Positions 9,930 to 18,975 of a stretch of 64,000 nucleotides of DNA are shown here, in pieces. A program made the position numbers and the translations under genes. Within the stretch, counting starts at the first letter, position 1; each line of letters begins with the position of its first letter. This stretch comes from Polyangiaceae bacterium (GTDB lineage Bacteria > Myxococcota_A > Polyangia > Polyangiales > Polyangiaceae), in assembly GCA_033763455.1 (NCBI GenBank), contig JANRKO010000008.1, positions 40,051-104,050 on the forward strand, in the 5' to 3' direction. The notes under the pieces were generated by a model. The model ran no database searches and was not told the origin of the DNA. It was given only the letters and a program-made list of their open reading frames with translations.

Positions 9930-10895
9930 ATGAGCGACAGCCACCCTTTTTCTCCTGATCAACTTCAACGCAGTCACCGCACGAGCTCCGGCTTGCAGGT
10001 GGCCGAAGACGTGCTGGGGCTCATCGCGCAGACACCGTTAGTACGGCTGGGTCGCATATCACCCGACGGTGGAGCCCACGTGTGGGCGAAAGTGGAGTTC
10101 GCCAATCCCGGCGGGAGTGTGAAAGATCGGCCAGCCTTGGCCATGATCCTGGAGGCGGAGAAAGCAGGGCTGCTCAAAGAGGGGTCCACCATTGTGGAGG
10201 CTACGAGCGGCAACACAGGTATCAGCCTCGCCATGATTGCGGCGATCCGTGGTTACCGGTGCGTATTGGTGATGCCAGAAGATATGAGCATGGAGCGTCG
10301 CTACATTTTGCGCGCCTATGGAGCTGAAATTGTACTGACGCCTGCCAAAGAGGGCATGGCGGGCGCAGTTGCTAAGTCGACTCAACTCATGGGTGAGACC
10401 GTGGGAGCCTTCATGCCAAGTCAATTCAAGAACAAGGCGAATCCTTCGTGTCACGAGGTGTTAACTGGGCCAGAAATCTTGGAACAAACCGGCGGAGATA
10501 TCGCCGCATTTGTTGCGGGGGTGGGTACCGGCGGTACGCTCACGGGCGTTGCGCGGGCGCTTCGCGCCAAGCTTGGCAGTAAAGTAAAAGTGATTGCGGT
10601 GGAGCCTTCGGCGAGTGCCGTGCTGAGCGGCAAACCGCCGGGAATGCATGGTATCCAGGGGCTCGGTGCGGGCTTTGTACCTGAGATCCTAGATCGATCG
10701 CTGATCGATGAAGTCATTACGGTGTCGGATGTGGCGGCTGAGCGCATGGCGCGCAGGTTGGCTCGCGAAGAGGGCCTATTGGTCGGCCCTTCTGCGGGAG
10801 CTAACGTTCACGCGGCGAGCGAAGTGGCTGCCCGTTTTCCTGGCGGCAAAGTTGTCACCATCTTGTGCGATTCGGGCGAACGCTATTTGTTCTAA
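9930..10895 (+). CDS. cysK: Cysteine synthase A
   Basis: NPGGSVKDR PLP lysine, EATSGNTG, GVGTGGT, HGIQGLGAGF, DSGERY; start placed at ATG 9930. Confidence 0.93.
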   Translation: MSDSHPFSPDQLQRSHRTSSGLQVAEDVLGLIAQTPLVRLGRISPDGGAHVWAKVEFANPGGSVKDRPALAMILEAEKAGLLKEGSTIVEATSGNTGISLAMIAAIRGYRCVLVMPEDMSMERRYILRAYGAEIVLTPAKEGMAGAVAKSTQLMGETVGAFMPSQFKNKANPSCHEVLTGPEILEQTGGDIAAFVAGVGTGGTLTGVARALRAKLGSKVKVIAVEPSASAVLSGKPPGMHGIQGLGAGFVPEILDRSLIDEVITVSDVAAERMARRLAREEGLLVGPSAGANVHAASEVAARFPGGKVVTILCDSGERYLF

Positions 10896-10905
10896 GAGCC
10901 GGCCC

Positions 10906-11691
10906 TCAGCTTCCACGAAAGCTTGGCGTGCGTTTCTCTCGAAAGGCCGTGACACCTTCAAGAAGGTCAGCGCTTTTTAGCAGCCGGAGCTGACCTTCCT
11001 TTTCGCGAGCTAACCCTTCGGCGAGATCTCCGTGAAGGCTACTTCTCACCGCTTGTTTGATCCGTTGCACCGCGAGCGGAGCCGCTCCCTGGAATCGCTC
11101 GGCCCAGCCGTCCACGCATGCTTCCAATGAATCAGCTGGTACCACTTCGCTGGCGAGCCCCAGGGCTAAGGCTTCGGCTGCCTGCACGGCACGGCCCGTA
11201 AGCAGCAGTTCAAGCGCCCGCCCCACGCCTACAAGCCGTGGCAGAAAGTAGCTCGCGCCGCCGTCTGGCATGAGGCCTATCGCGATGAACTTCTCCTGAA
11301 AATAGGCCTTTTCACTCACAATTCGGAGGTCGCACGCGAGGGCCAAATCAGCGCCGAAACCAACGGCTGGCCCATCCACCTCTGCGATCACCACCTGTGG
11401 AGCGCTGGTGATGCAGCGGATCAATCGTTGAAAGGCGTCCAGGCGTGCCTCTAGCAAAGGCAACTCAGTTCGATGAGGTTGAAAATCCTCCATCAAGTCG
11501 GCGCCGGAACAAAAGCTGCCGCCCGCTCCGCTCAGCACAATCACCCGGTTAGTGGGTGTCGAGGCCGCGCGCTCTAATGCGTCCCCCAACATACTTACAA
11601 GCTCCGGGTTGAGTGCATTCTTGGTCTTCGGGCGGTTCAGCGTGAGACGCACGACGCCGTGTGTTTCGCTCACCAGGAGTGGAAGAGTCAT
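10906..11691 (-). CDS. Enoyl-CoA hydratase/isomerase family protein
   Basis: LTLNRP..KNAL, FCSGADL, GPAVGFGADLALACD, GLMPDGG, AFREKR.P.F.G. Confidence 0.9.
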   Translation of the reverse strand: MTLPLLVSETHGVVRLTLNRPKTKNALNPELVSMLGDALERAASTPTNRVIVLSGAGGSFCSGADLMEDFQPHRTELPLLEARLDAFQRLIRCITSAPQVVIAEVDGPAVGFGADLALACDLRIVSEKAYFQEKFIAIGLMPDGGASYFLPRLVGVGRALELLLTGRAVQAAEALALGLASEVVPADSLEACVDGWAERFQGAAPLAVQRIKQAVRSSLHGDLAEGLAREKEGQLRLLKSADLLEGVTAFREKRTPSFRGS

Positions 11692-11756
11692 ATTGGGCCA
11701 GAATACCACGTTCTTTTGCCGGAAACGCCGCCATTCCGTGCTAAGGCGTGCGGCCT

Positions 11757-12620
11757 ATGGGCGAGCCTTTCGAAATTCCCGATGCTTTGCCACTCCACGA
11801 ACAGCGGGGTCAGACATTTCCCGCGCTCGTTGCGCTGATGCAGCGGCTGCTCGGGCCAGGTGGTTGCCCCTGGGACAGAGAGCAAGATCTGCTTTCGTTG
11901 CGCAAATTTGTGCTCGAAGAAGCCTGCGAGGTAATCGACGCGATCGACGGCGGCAAGCCCGAAGAGCTCGTGGAAGAGCTCGGAGATCTTGCGCTTCAGG
12001 TGGTCTTCCTAAGTGAGCTCGGGCGAGCGCAGGGCACCTTCGGGCCGGACGATGCCATTCGAAGTATTGTTGAGAAGCTGGTTCGGCGCCATCCCCATGT
12101 ATTCGGGGATGTTCAGGTTGAGGATTCGGGTGAGGTGCTTTCGAACTGGGAGGCCATCAAGGCCATGGAGAAACGGGATCGCCCGTTGCTCGGCGGCGTG
12201 CCCCGTTCACTACCAGCGCTCTTGCGTGCTCAGACGCTTTCGGAGCGCGTGGCGCGAGTCGGCTTTGATTGGCCCGATGGGCGTGGCTCTCGCGACAAAG
12301 TGAGCGAAGAGCTGGCGGAGCTCGACGAAGCTATTGCGAGCGGAAATCGAGAACACATAGAACATGAGCTCGGAGATCTTTTGTTTGCCGTTGTGAATTT
12401 AGCTCGGCACGCGGGGCTCGATGCCGAGGCCGCGCTCAGGAAATCCAGCGATCGCTTTGGGGCACGTTTTGGCCACGTGGAAACGCGCGTGAAGGAGCGC
12501 CACGGCGGCTGGCCAAAAGGTGCAGACGGAAAGCCGGGTCGAGGGCTTGGGCTCGAAGAGCTCGATGGCTACTGGGACGAAGCCAAAGCGCTTGGTATCG
12601 GTAAGGAACCCGCGCTGTGA
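11757..12620 (+). CDS. mazG: Nucleoside triphosphate pyrophosphohydrolase MazG
   Basis: GCPWDREQ, EEACEV, EELGDL, KLVRRHPHVFG, second domain GFDW...ELGDLLF. Confidence 0.93.
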   Translation: MGEPFEIPDALPLHEQRGQTFPALVALMQRLLGPGGCPWDREQDLLSLRKFVLEEACEVIDAIDGGKPEELVEELGDLALQVVFLSELGRAQGTFGPDDAIRSIVEKLVRRHPHVFGDVQVEDSGEVLSNWEAIKAMEKRDRPLLGGVPRSLPALLRAQTLSERVARVGFDWPDGRGSRDKVSEELAELDEAIASGNREHIEHELGDLLFAVVNLARHAGLDAEAALRKSSDRFGARFGHVETRVKERHGGWPKGADGKPGRGLGLEELDGYWDEAKALGIGKEPAL

Positions 12621-13789
12621 CCACGGAGGCCACCAAGCTCACAACAGATCCAATCGACCGTTATCCGGAAGAACTAGCCGAGAATATGCGGGCGCTCGAT
12701 GAAAAGCCGTATCGAGCGGCCCAAATTTTCGAATGGATCCATCGGCGGGGCGTGTCGGATCCGGAACGTATGACGGACCTCAGCCTTCCCCTCCGTGAGA
12801 AGCTCAAGACTCTCGGCGTGGCGCCCCGGGCACGTCTTCAAACGCTCAAGGCCGCCGAAGATGGCACGCGCAAGCTAGTGCTAGAAATGCGCGAATCCGC
12901 CACCGTGGAGTGTGTGCTCATCCCAATGACTCCCCTGGGTGATCAGTTAGATGCTGACGCTGCGGCCGTCGACGACACGGATGAAGACGTAGAGCCAGGG
13001 CGTACGCGGGTTACATTGTGCATCTCGACGCAATTTGGCTGCGCCATGGGTTGCGTGTTCTGCGCGAGCGGCCAGGCCGGGCTTTTTCGAGGGCTTTCTG
13101 CCGCAGAGATTGTGTCTCAAGTATACCTAGCCCGCGAGCACCTAACGCCGGGCGAAGATCTGAAAAATTTGGTCTTTATGGGCATGGGTGAGCCCTTACA
13201 CCATTACGACGAAACGGCCCGCGCGCTCCGGCTGCTGACGCACCAAAAGGGCCTCGGCATGGGTGCGCGTCGCATCACCGTGAGTACCGTGGGGCTGGTG
13301 CCAGGCATCAAGAAATTGGGCGAAGATTTCGGCGGGAAAATTGGCCTCGCGCTTTCGCTGCACGCTCCAGATGATGCTACGCGTGACCGCATCATGCCGA
13401 TGAATAAGCGTTACCCTTTGGCCGAGCTACGCCGCGCGCTCGATGCTTATCCGCTCCCCAATCGCCGGCGCATCACCATCGAGTACATCCTGATCGATGG
13501 TGTGAATTCCAGCCTCGAACAGGCGCGAAAGCTGGCCCAGTTTCTGAAGGGCCTGCGCGTGAAGATCAATCTGATCCCCATGAATCCTATAGCGGCATCT
13601 GAGCACCGAGCCCCCAACGGCGCTACCGTGCGGGCTTTCCAGGAAGTGCTGGCCGAAAAGGGTTTCAGCTGTTTCGTCCGTGGCCGGCGCGGGGATGAAG
13701 TGGACGCAGCCTGCGGACAATTGGCGCTCTCGGAAGGCCTGGTAGCGCTTGGGCGGAGCAAGAAGGCTGCGCGTGGGGAGAGTGGGTGA
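12617..13789 (+). CDS. rlmN: 23S rRNA/tRNA m2A methyltransferase RlmN (radical SAM)
   Basis: CISTQFGCAMGCVFCASG, VFMGMGEP, ITVSTVG, LSLHAP, AACGQL. Confidence 0.93.
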   Translation: MTTEATKLTTDPIDRYPEELAENMRALDEKPYRAAQIFEWIHRRGVSDPERMTDLSLPLREKLKTLGVAPRARLQTLKAAEDGTRKLVLEMRESATVECVLIPMTPLGDQLDADAAAVDDTDEDVEPGRTRVTLCISTQFGCAMGCVFCASGQAGLFRGLSAAEIVSQVYLAREHLTPGEDLKNLVFMGMGEPLHHYDETARALRLLTHQKGLGMGARRITVSTVGLVPGIKKLGEDFGGKIGLALSLHAPDDATRDRIMPMNKRYPLAELRRALDAYPLPNRRRITIEYILIDGVNSSLEQARKLAQFLKGLRVKINLIPMNPIAASEHRAPNGATVRAFQEVLAEKGFSCFVRGRRGDEVDAACGQLALSEGLVALGRSKKAARGESG

Positions 13790-13808
13790 TGCGAGCTGCG
13801 CGAGACCG

Positions 13809-13865
13809 GCAGCAAAAGATGCCTGAGTCGAGCGATTCGACTGGCGTGTCTGCTTGTTGCAACAA
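13809..13865. terminator. Long imperfect hairpin between convergent rlmN and vapC
   Basis: Nested pairing GCAGCAA/TTGTTGC, TGCC/GGCG, AGTCGA/TCGACT; also the palindrome TTGTTGCAACAA at 13854-13865. Confidence 0.3.
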
Positions 13866-13889
13866 CTCGCCGGACGTCTTCTCAGGCCG

Positions 13890-14294
13890 CTAGGGCGCGA
13901 TCAGGACAACGCTGGGGAAGTAGCTCCGATAGCGCCCTGCATCACGCGTTAGAAGCTTGAAACCGGAAATGGCAGCGTGCGCTCCGATATAGAAGTCCGG
14001 CAAGGGTGAGCGCCTCGCTCCGCCCTTGCGCCGGTACTTGAGGAAAGCCTTCCCAGCTAAAAAAGCCGCTTCGTAAGGTAAGGGCTCGCGGCGAAACACG
14101 GTCGCCGGAAGGGCAGCCTCTAACTCTTCGATCAACTTGTAGCCCATCGAAACCTCCGAGTAGATCAAGGCGTTGATCATGAGGGGAGCTTCGTTCGCGG
14201 CGTTTTCCAGTGCCAGCGACGACCAGGTGAGCCACGTAGGATCGTTGGTCGCAATGTCCAACAGAACGTTGCTGTCTACTAGTATGCCTGTCAT
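13890..14294 (-). CDS. vapC: VapC-family PIN-domain toxin
   Basis: ILVDSNVLLD, IYSE, PLPDFYIGAHA, LLTRD acidic PIN residues. Confidence 0.92.
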   Translation of the reverse strand: MTGILVDSNVLLDIATNDPTWLTWSSLALENAANEAPLMINALIYSEVSMGYKLIEELEAALPATVFRREPLPYEAAFLAGKAFLKYRRKGGARRSPLPDFYIGAHAAISGFKLLTRDAGRYRSYFPSVVLIAP

Positions 14295-14527
14295 CCCGAC
14301 TTCCGTGTTAGCGCCAGGATCTCGTCAGTTGTCATCTTCACGCTGGCACTTCCCTTCAACCGGCCCAGCACGCTCGCTCCCCTGCTCGCAACCCGTTTGC
14401 CCTGCACCTTCACCAAACGCGCCGTCTTTCCCTGAAGTTGGAACTCCACTTCTGTACTTGGAAGGAGCCCCAGCTTCTCTCGAACTTCAATCGGAATTGT
14501 GACCTGCCCCTTTGAGGTGACGCGCAT
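14291..14527 (-). CDS. vapB: AbrB/MazE/SpoVT-family antitoxin (VapB)
   Basis: MRVTSKGQVTIPIEVREKLGL swapped-hairpin motif; ATGA overlap with the toxin. Confidence 0.92.
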   Translation of the reverse strand: MRVTSKGQVTIPIEVREKLGLLPSTEVEFQLQGKTARLVKVQGKRVASRGASVLGRLKGSASVKMTTDEILALTRKSG

Positions 14528-14550
14528 GTATTACTCCTACATGTATTACT
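14525..14550 (-). promoter_or_regulatory. Direct-repeat operator over the vapB RBS/start
   Basis: AGTAATACATG-TAGG-AGTAATACATG on the minus strand (11-bp repeat, 15-bp period); the second copy ends in the ATG start. Confidence 0.55.
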
Positions 14551-14864
14551 ACCCCCACCTCTCTGCTAGCGCAAGAAGTTAGCAAACGCTGGAGAAGCTT
14601 CGACGGCCCTGCCGCTTCCCTGGTAACGAACGCCCGTCGGCCGTCTAGGCCCCTCGACGGACCTTTTTTACCGATCCACAGAAATGAGACCATCCGTGCG
14701 CTGCCCGCATCTTCAATCGCCATACTTAGCATGTGCGTTTCGACATGGTTGCACGGGAACACCTTTTCGCGAGGCCGCTCGTTTCGGCGTGTTTCGGCGC
14801 GCGCTCGTGCCCCAGCCTCTCTTGACTTGACGATCTTCAGGGACGCGGCGAGATTAGTGCCAGC

Positions 14865-16253
14865 GTGTTCAACAAAGTCCTGGTGGCAAACAGAGGGGAA
14901 ATCGCCTGTCGAATTTTGCGAACGTGCGAGCGACTGGGAGTGCACACGGTTGCTGTGTTTTCGGATGCGGATGTTACGGGCTTGCCGGTGAGCCACGCGG
15001 ACGAAGCTGTGCGCCTGGGCCCCGCGCCCGCTAAGGAGAGTTACCTGAACATTCCTTCGCTGGTTGCGGCCATTGAATACACGGGAGCAGAAGCGGTGCA
15101 TCCCGGGTACGGGTTGCTTAGTGAAAATGCTGATTTTGCTCGCGCCGTGGCTGAGGCGGGGGCAGTGTTCATTGGGCCACCGCCTGCGGCTCTGGAAGTG
15201 TTTGGCGACAAAATTGCCGCTCGCAGGTTAGCGAGAGCGGCTGGAGTGGAGCCGCCTCCTGGAAGCGAAGGTCCACTCGATCCCGAAGCCACCGAGGCGG
15301 TGAAAGCTGAGGCCGCGCGCATTGGCTACCCACTGCTCGTCAAAGCCGCAGGCGGTGGGGGGGGTATTGGGATGCAAATCGTTGAAGATGAGCCGGGCCT
15401 AGAGCAAGCCGTGAAGACCTGTGCTGCCCGCGGGCAAGCTGCTTTTGCCGATCCACGCGTGTACCTCGAACGCTACATCAAGAGCCCACGCCACATTGAG
15501 GTGCAAGTATTTTGCGACTCGGCGGGCCATGCCGTGGCGCTTGGCGAACGCGAATGCAGCGTGCAGCGGCGTCACCAGAAAGTGATCGAAGAATCGCCGT
15601 CTCCAGCGGCTTTTTTCGATGGACTGGAAGGTGAAGCGCGCCGCCAGGAGCTGTTCGCCTCAGCGCTTCGTATCGTGAAGTCTGCCGGATATGTCGGTGC
15701 CGGCACTGTAGAGTTCGTCGCGGATGCTGCGGGCCAATTTTACTTTCTAGAAGTGAATGCGCGTTTGCAAGTGGAGCACCCCGTTACCGAGATGGTAACA
15801 GGGCTTGATTTAGTCGAGTTGCAGCTCAGGGTGGCCAGTGGGGAGGCGTTGTCCGCAACAGCCCTGAATGTAAAATGCTCGGGTGTGAGCCTGGAAGCGC
15901 GTGTATACGCGGAAGATCCGGCGCGTGGCTTTATTCCGCAGCCGGGCAAGCTCACGCACGTGGTCTGGCCGAGTGGGCCGGGGATCCGCGTGGAGGCGGG
16001 CGTGGAAGTGGGCTCGGAGGTGAGCGTGCATTACGATCCTTTGCTCGCCAAGATTGTGGCTTTTGCCCCGACGCGTGCTGAAGCTGTGGCGCGCCTCGAT
16101 CTCGCGCTCAGCCACACCGAGCTCACGCTCATGGGGCCCAAAGGGGAACGCGCCACTAATCTCTCGTTTTTGCGCTCAATTTTGGGCAGTTCGGCTTTTC
16201 AGAGCGGACAATATTCGACAGACCTCATAGCGAATCTCCTCAAACCTTCGTAG
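14865..16253 (+). CDS. accC: Biotin carboxylase subunit (acyl-CoA carboxylase alpha-type, no biotinyl domain)
   Basis: KVLVANRGEIA, HPGYGLLSEN, KAAGGGGGIGM, RECSVQRRHQK, LEVNARLQVEHPVTE, YDPLLAK. Confidence 0.88.
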   Translation: MFNKVLVANRGEIACRILRTCERLGVHTVAVFSDADVTGLPVSHADEAVRLGPAPAKESYLNIPSLVAAIEYTGAEAVHPGYGLLSENADFARAVAEAGAVFIGPPPAALEVFGDKIAARRLARAAGVEPPPGSEGPLDPEATEAVKAEAARIGYPLLVKAAGGGGGIGMQIVEDEPGLEQAVKTCAARGQAAFADPRVYLERYIKSPRHIEVQVFCDSAGHAVALGERECSVQRRHQKVIEESPSPAAFFDGLEGEARRQELFASALRIVKSAGYVGAGTVEFVADAAGQFYFLEVNARLQVEHPVTEMVTGLDLVELQLRVASGEALSATALNVKCSGVSLEARVYAEDPARGFIPQPGKLTHVVWPSGPGIRVEAGVEVGSEVSVHYDPLLAKIVAFAPTRAEAVARLDLALSHTELTLMGPKGERATNLSFLRSILGSSAFQSGQYSTDLIANLLKPS

Positions 16254-16304
16254 ATCGTTTCTGCGCGCCGCCATCTGACCGGTGCCCCAGATAAAAAGGA
16301 CGCC

Positions 16305-18029
16305 ATGCAAAGCGAACAAGAATTGGTAGATCGAGCAAAGGCGTGGATCGCTGCCGATCCGGATCCGGTCACTCAAGCCGAGCTAAGCGCTCTTATCGAC
16401 GCGAGGGATTGGGTGGAGTTGGGTGAAAGAATGAACGGCGCTCTCAGCTTCGGCACGGCGGGGTTGCGGGGCATCGTGGGTGCGGGCCCGAACCGCATGA
16501 ATCGAGCTGTAGTGATCCGCACTACTTCTGGCCTTGCGAGTTACCTGCTCCAACACGTAAAGGACGCTCGCACACTGCCGGTGATTGTCGGCTACGATGG
16601 GCGCCTCACAAGCGAGGAATACGCGCGGGACACCATCCGTGTGCTCACGCGCGCGGGCATTCCTGTTCGCTACTTCGCGATGGCAGCCCCAACACCGCTT
16701 GTGGCCTACGCCGCCCGCCAGCTGGGCGCGAGTGCGGCCGTAGTGGTCACAGCGAGCCATAATCCAGCGGAATACAACGGGTATAAGGTGTACGCAGGCA
16801 ACGCCATTCAGATCGTGCCCCCTGTGGATGAACAGATTGCCGATGCGATTGAAAAGGCGCCCCAACCCAAAAATATCCCGCTTTCCGAGTTCGAACTCAA
16901 TCGCCCCACAGAGAGTGCAAGCCTCATCCCGGATTCGCTCATCGAGCGCTATTACGACGACATTCTCCCCGTTCGCCCGGCGTGTGCCAAAGATCAAAAT
17001 ATTTCCATCGTCTACACTCCGATGCATGGCGTGGGGTGGCGCTTTGCTCAGCAAGCCTTCCATCGCTCGGGGTATCGCAACGTCACGGTTGTGGCGGAAC
17101 AAGCCGCACCCGATGGGCATTTCCCCACTGTAAAATTTCCGAATCCTGAAGAGGCTGGCGCCATGGACTTAGCGTTTGCTCTAGCGGCGAAGGTAAAGGC
17201 AGATGTCGTGGTGGCCAACGATCCGGACGCCGATCGCTTGGCGATAGCGCTGCCAAAAGGCGGCGGATACCAGCAGCTCACCGGGAATCAAGTGGGGCTA
17301 CTGTTGGCCGATTTTGCCCTGCAATATGCCCCCAAGCTGCCCCAGCCTTTGGTAGCGCAGTCGATTGTTTCGTCACCCATGTTAGAGAGCATCGCTACGG
17401 CCTACGGCGCCGCTTATGCGCAAACGCTCACTGGTTTTAAGTGGATTTGGAATGCAGCGCTGGATCTAGCGCGCGACCATGGCGTTCGTTTTTGCTTTGG
17501 CTACGAAGAGGCACTCGGGTACTCGATTGGCCCGTTGGTTCGGGACAAAGATGGCATCAGCGTGGCAGTGGTGTTTGCGGATCTTGTGGCTCACTGCAAA
17601 GCGTCCGGCACCACCGTGCTTGAGCGCCTTTCCGATCTATATCGGCGCCACGGGCTCTGGGTGAGCTTTCAGCGCAGCCTGGTGATGCCCGGCACCTCTG
17701 GCCAAGCGCAGATTGCGGCGATGATGAAGAAGGTGACGAACACGCCGCCACCGGTGCTCGGCACCCGCGCGGTGGTGTCCACCACAGATTATCAGTCAGG
17801 TGAAGAGAATCGCCCACGCTGGCTCCACAATACGAGCCTGTTTGAGCTGCGCCTGGCCGGAGGCGGCAGGGTGCTTGTGCGGCCGAGCGGCACGGAGCCG
17901 AAGCTCAAAATCTACGTGGATTTGCGCGTGGAAGTGGCCCCGGATGCAGCGCTTACGGCCCGCGAAGCGGAGGCTGAGGCGGAAGCCAAGTCCATCGCCG
18001 AGGCCACCGAAGTGTTTCTTCGGGGTTAA
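16305..18029 (+). CDS. Phosphomannomutase/phosphoglucomutase
   Basis: FGTAGLRG, TASHNP phosphoserine loop, DPDADR metal site, RPSGTEPKLKIY. Confidence 0.92.
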   Translation: MQSEQELVDRAKAWIAADPDPVTQAELSALIDARDWVELGERMNGALSFGTAGLRGIVGAGPNRMNRAVVIRTTSGLASYLLQHVKDARTLPVIVGYDGRLTSEEYARDTIRVLTRAGIPVRYFAMAAPTPLVAYAARQLGASAAVVVTASHNPAEYNGYKVYAGNAIQIVPPVDEQIADAIEKAPQPKNIPLSEFELNRPTESASLIPDSLIERYYDDILPVRPACAKDQNISIVYTPMHGVGWRFAQQAFHRSGYRNVTVVAEQAAPDGHFPTVKFPNPEEAGAMDLAFALAAKVKADVVVANDPDADRLAIALPKGGGYQQLTGNQVGLLLADFALQYAPKLPQPLVAQSIVSSPMLESIATAYGAAYAQTLTGFKWIWNAALDLARDHGVRFCFGYEEALGYSIGPLVRDKDGISVAVVFADLVAHCKASGTTVLERLSDLYRRHGLWVSFQRSLVMPGTSGQAQIAAMMKKVTNTPPPVLGTRAVVSTTDYQSGEENRPRWLHNTSLFELRLAGGGRVLVRPSGTEPKLKIYVDLRVEVAPDAALTAREAEAEAEAKSIAEATEVFLRG

Positions 18030-18340
18030 CCTAGCGAGCGAGGAAGGCGGGGGGTAACGTCCGCCTGCGCATCCCCGTCCCCACGAGCCAGAGCGCTTCC
18101 GGTTTTATTAGCCGCAGCTTTCGGCAAAGTGCGGTGGAGGCACGGCCCAAGCTCGCCGCTTCCGGCACGAAAGAAGTGGCGCCCAAGGATTGACGAGGGG
18201 GGCCCGAGGATTTACCGATTGAGTGCGGCGCAAGCGCAGGTTTTGCGAGCTGAGCCGGGCATGGCGCAATACTGTGCCTTTCTCAACTCGCTTGGCCAGA
18301 GAGGCTGGGCCAGTTTGGCTGATAAAAGGGCTAGGAGTGG

Positions 18341-18356
18341 CGGCATGCGCCTTGCT
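18341..18356 (+). promoter_or_regulatory. Sigma-54 (-24/-12) promoter upstream of hsp20
   Basis: CGGCATGCGCCTTGCT = GG-N10-GC with the TTGC core, about 60 nt upstream of the ATG and AAGGAG RBS. Confidence 0.6.
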
Positions 18357-18414
18357 TCTTGCTCATCGGTCGATGCGTGGGCAGCTACGCCGTAACTAAG
18401 AAAGGAGAACAATC

Positions 18415-18870
18415 ATGAGCCTAGTACGATGGGATCCATTCAGGGAATTGGAAGACATGACATCGCGGTTAAATCGCATCTTTTCAACGCCGGCGCACAC
18501 GCGCGCTCAGGGTGGGAACACAGATGCGATCACCGTATTCGATTGGGCACCGTCCGTAGATATCGCCGAGACAGCCGAAGCCTTCGAAATCAAGGCAGAG
18601 CTGCCCGACGTCAAGAAGGAGGACGTGAAAGTCTCGGTGGATGGGGCCGTGCTCCGGATCGAAGGCGAACGACGGCAGGAGAAAGAAGAGAAAGGCAAGA
18701 AATACCACCGCATCGAGCGCAGCTTCGGTTCTTTCCTCAGGACGTTCACGGTTCCCGACAACGTGGACGACACCAAGGTTCAGGCCGAATTCAAGGACGG
18801 TATCCTTCACGTGCACCTTCCGAAGTCCGAGAAGGCCAAGCCGAAGAGTATCGAAGTCAAAGTTCGCTGA
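18415..18870 (+). CDS. Hsp20/alpha-crystallin small heat-shock protein
   Basis: WDPFREL, PSVDIAET, ELPDVKKEDV, ERSFGSFLRTF, A.FKDGIL.V.LPK. Confidence 0.93.
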   Translation: MSLVRWDPFRELEDMTSRLNRIFSTPAHTRAQGGNTDAITVFDWAPSVDIAETAEAFEIKAELPDVKKEDVKVSVDGAVLRIEGERRQEKEEKGKKYHRIERSFGSFLRTFTVPDNVDDTKVQAEFKDGILHVHLPKSEKAKPKSIEVKVR

Positions 18871-18975
18871 GTCGGCCGAGCTCAAGCGCAAATGGGCCAC
18901 TGCGAGTGCGCCAGGAGGGAGGGGGGCACTCGCGTGGGCCCCGGCCGGGCCGGAATGCATTCTGCCCGCGCTGCT

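Noticed and set aside
14560..14860. IS ends or transposase remnant explaining the vapBC insertion
   Set aside because: No terminal inverted repeats, target duplication or transposase-like translation found by eye.
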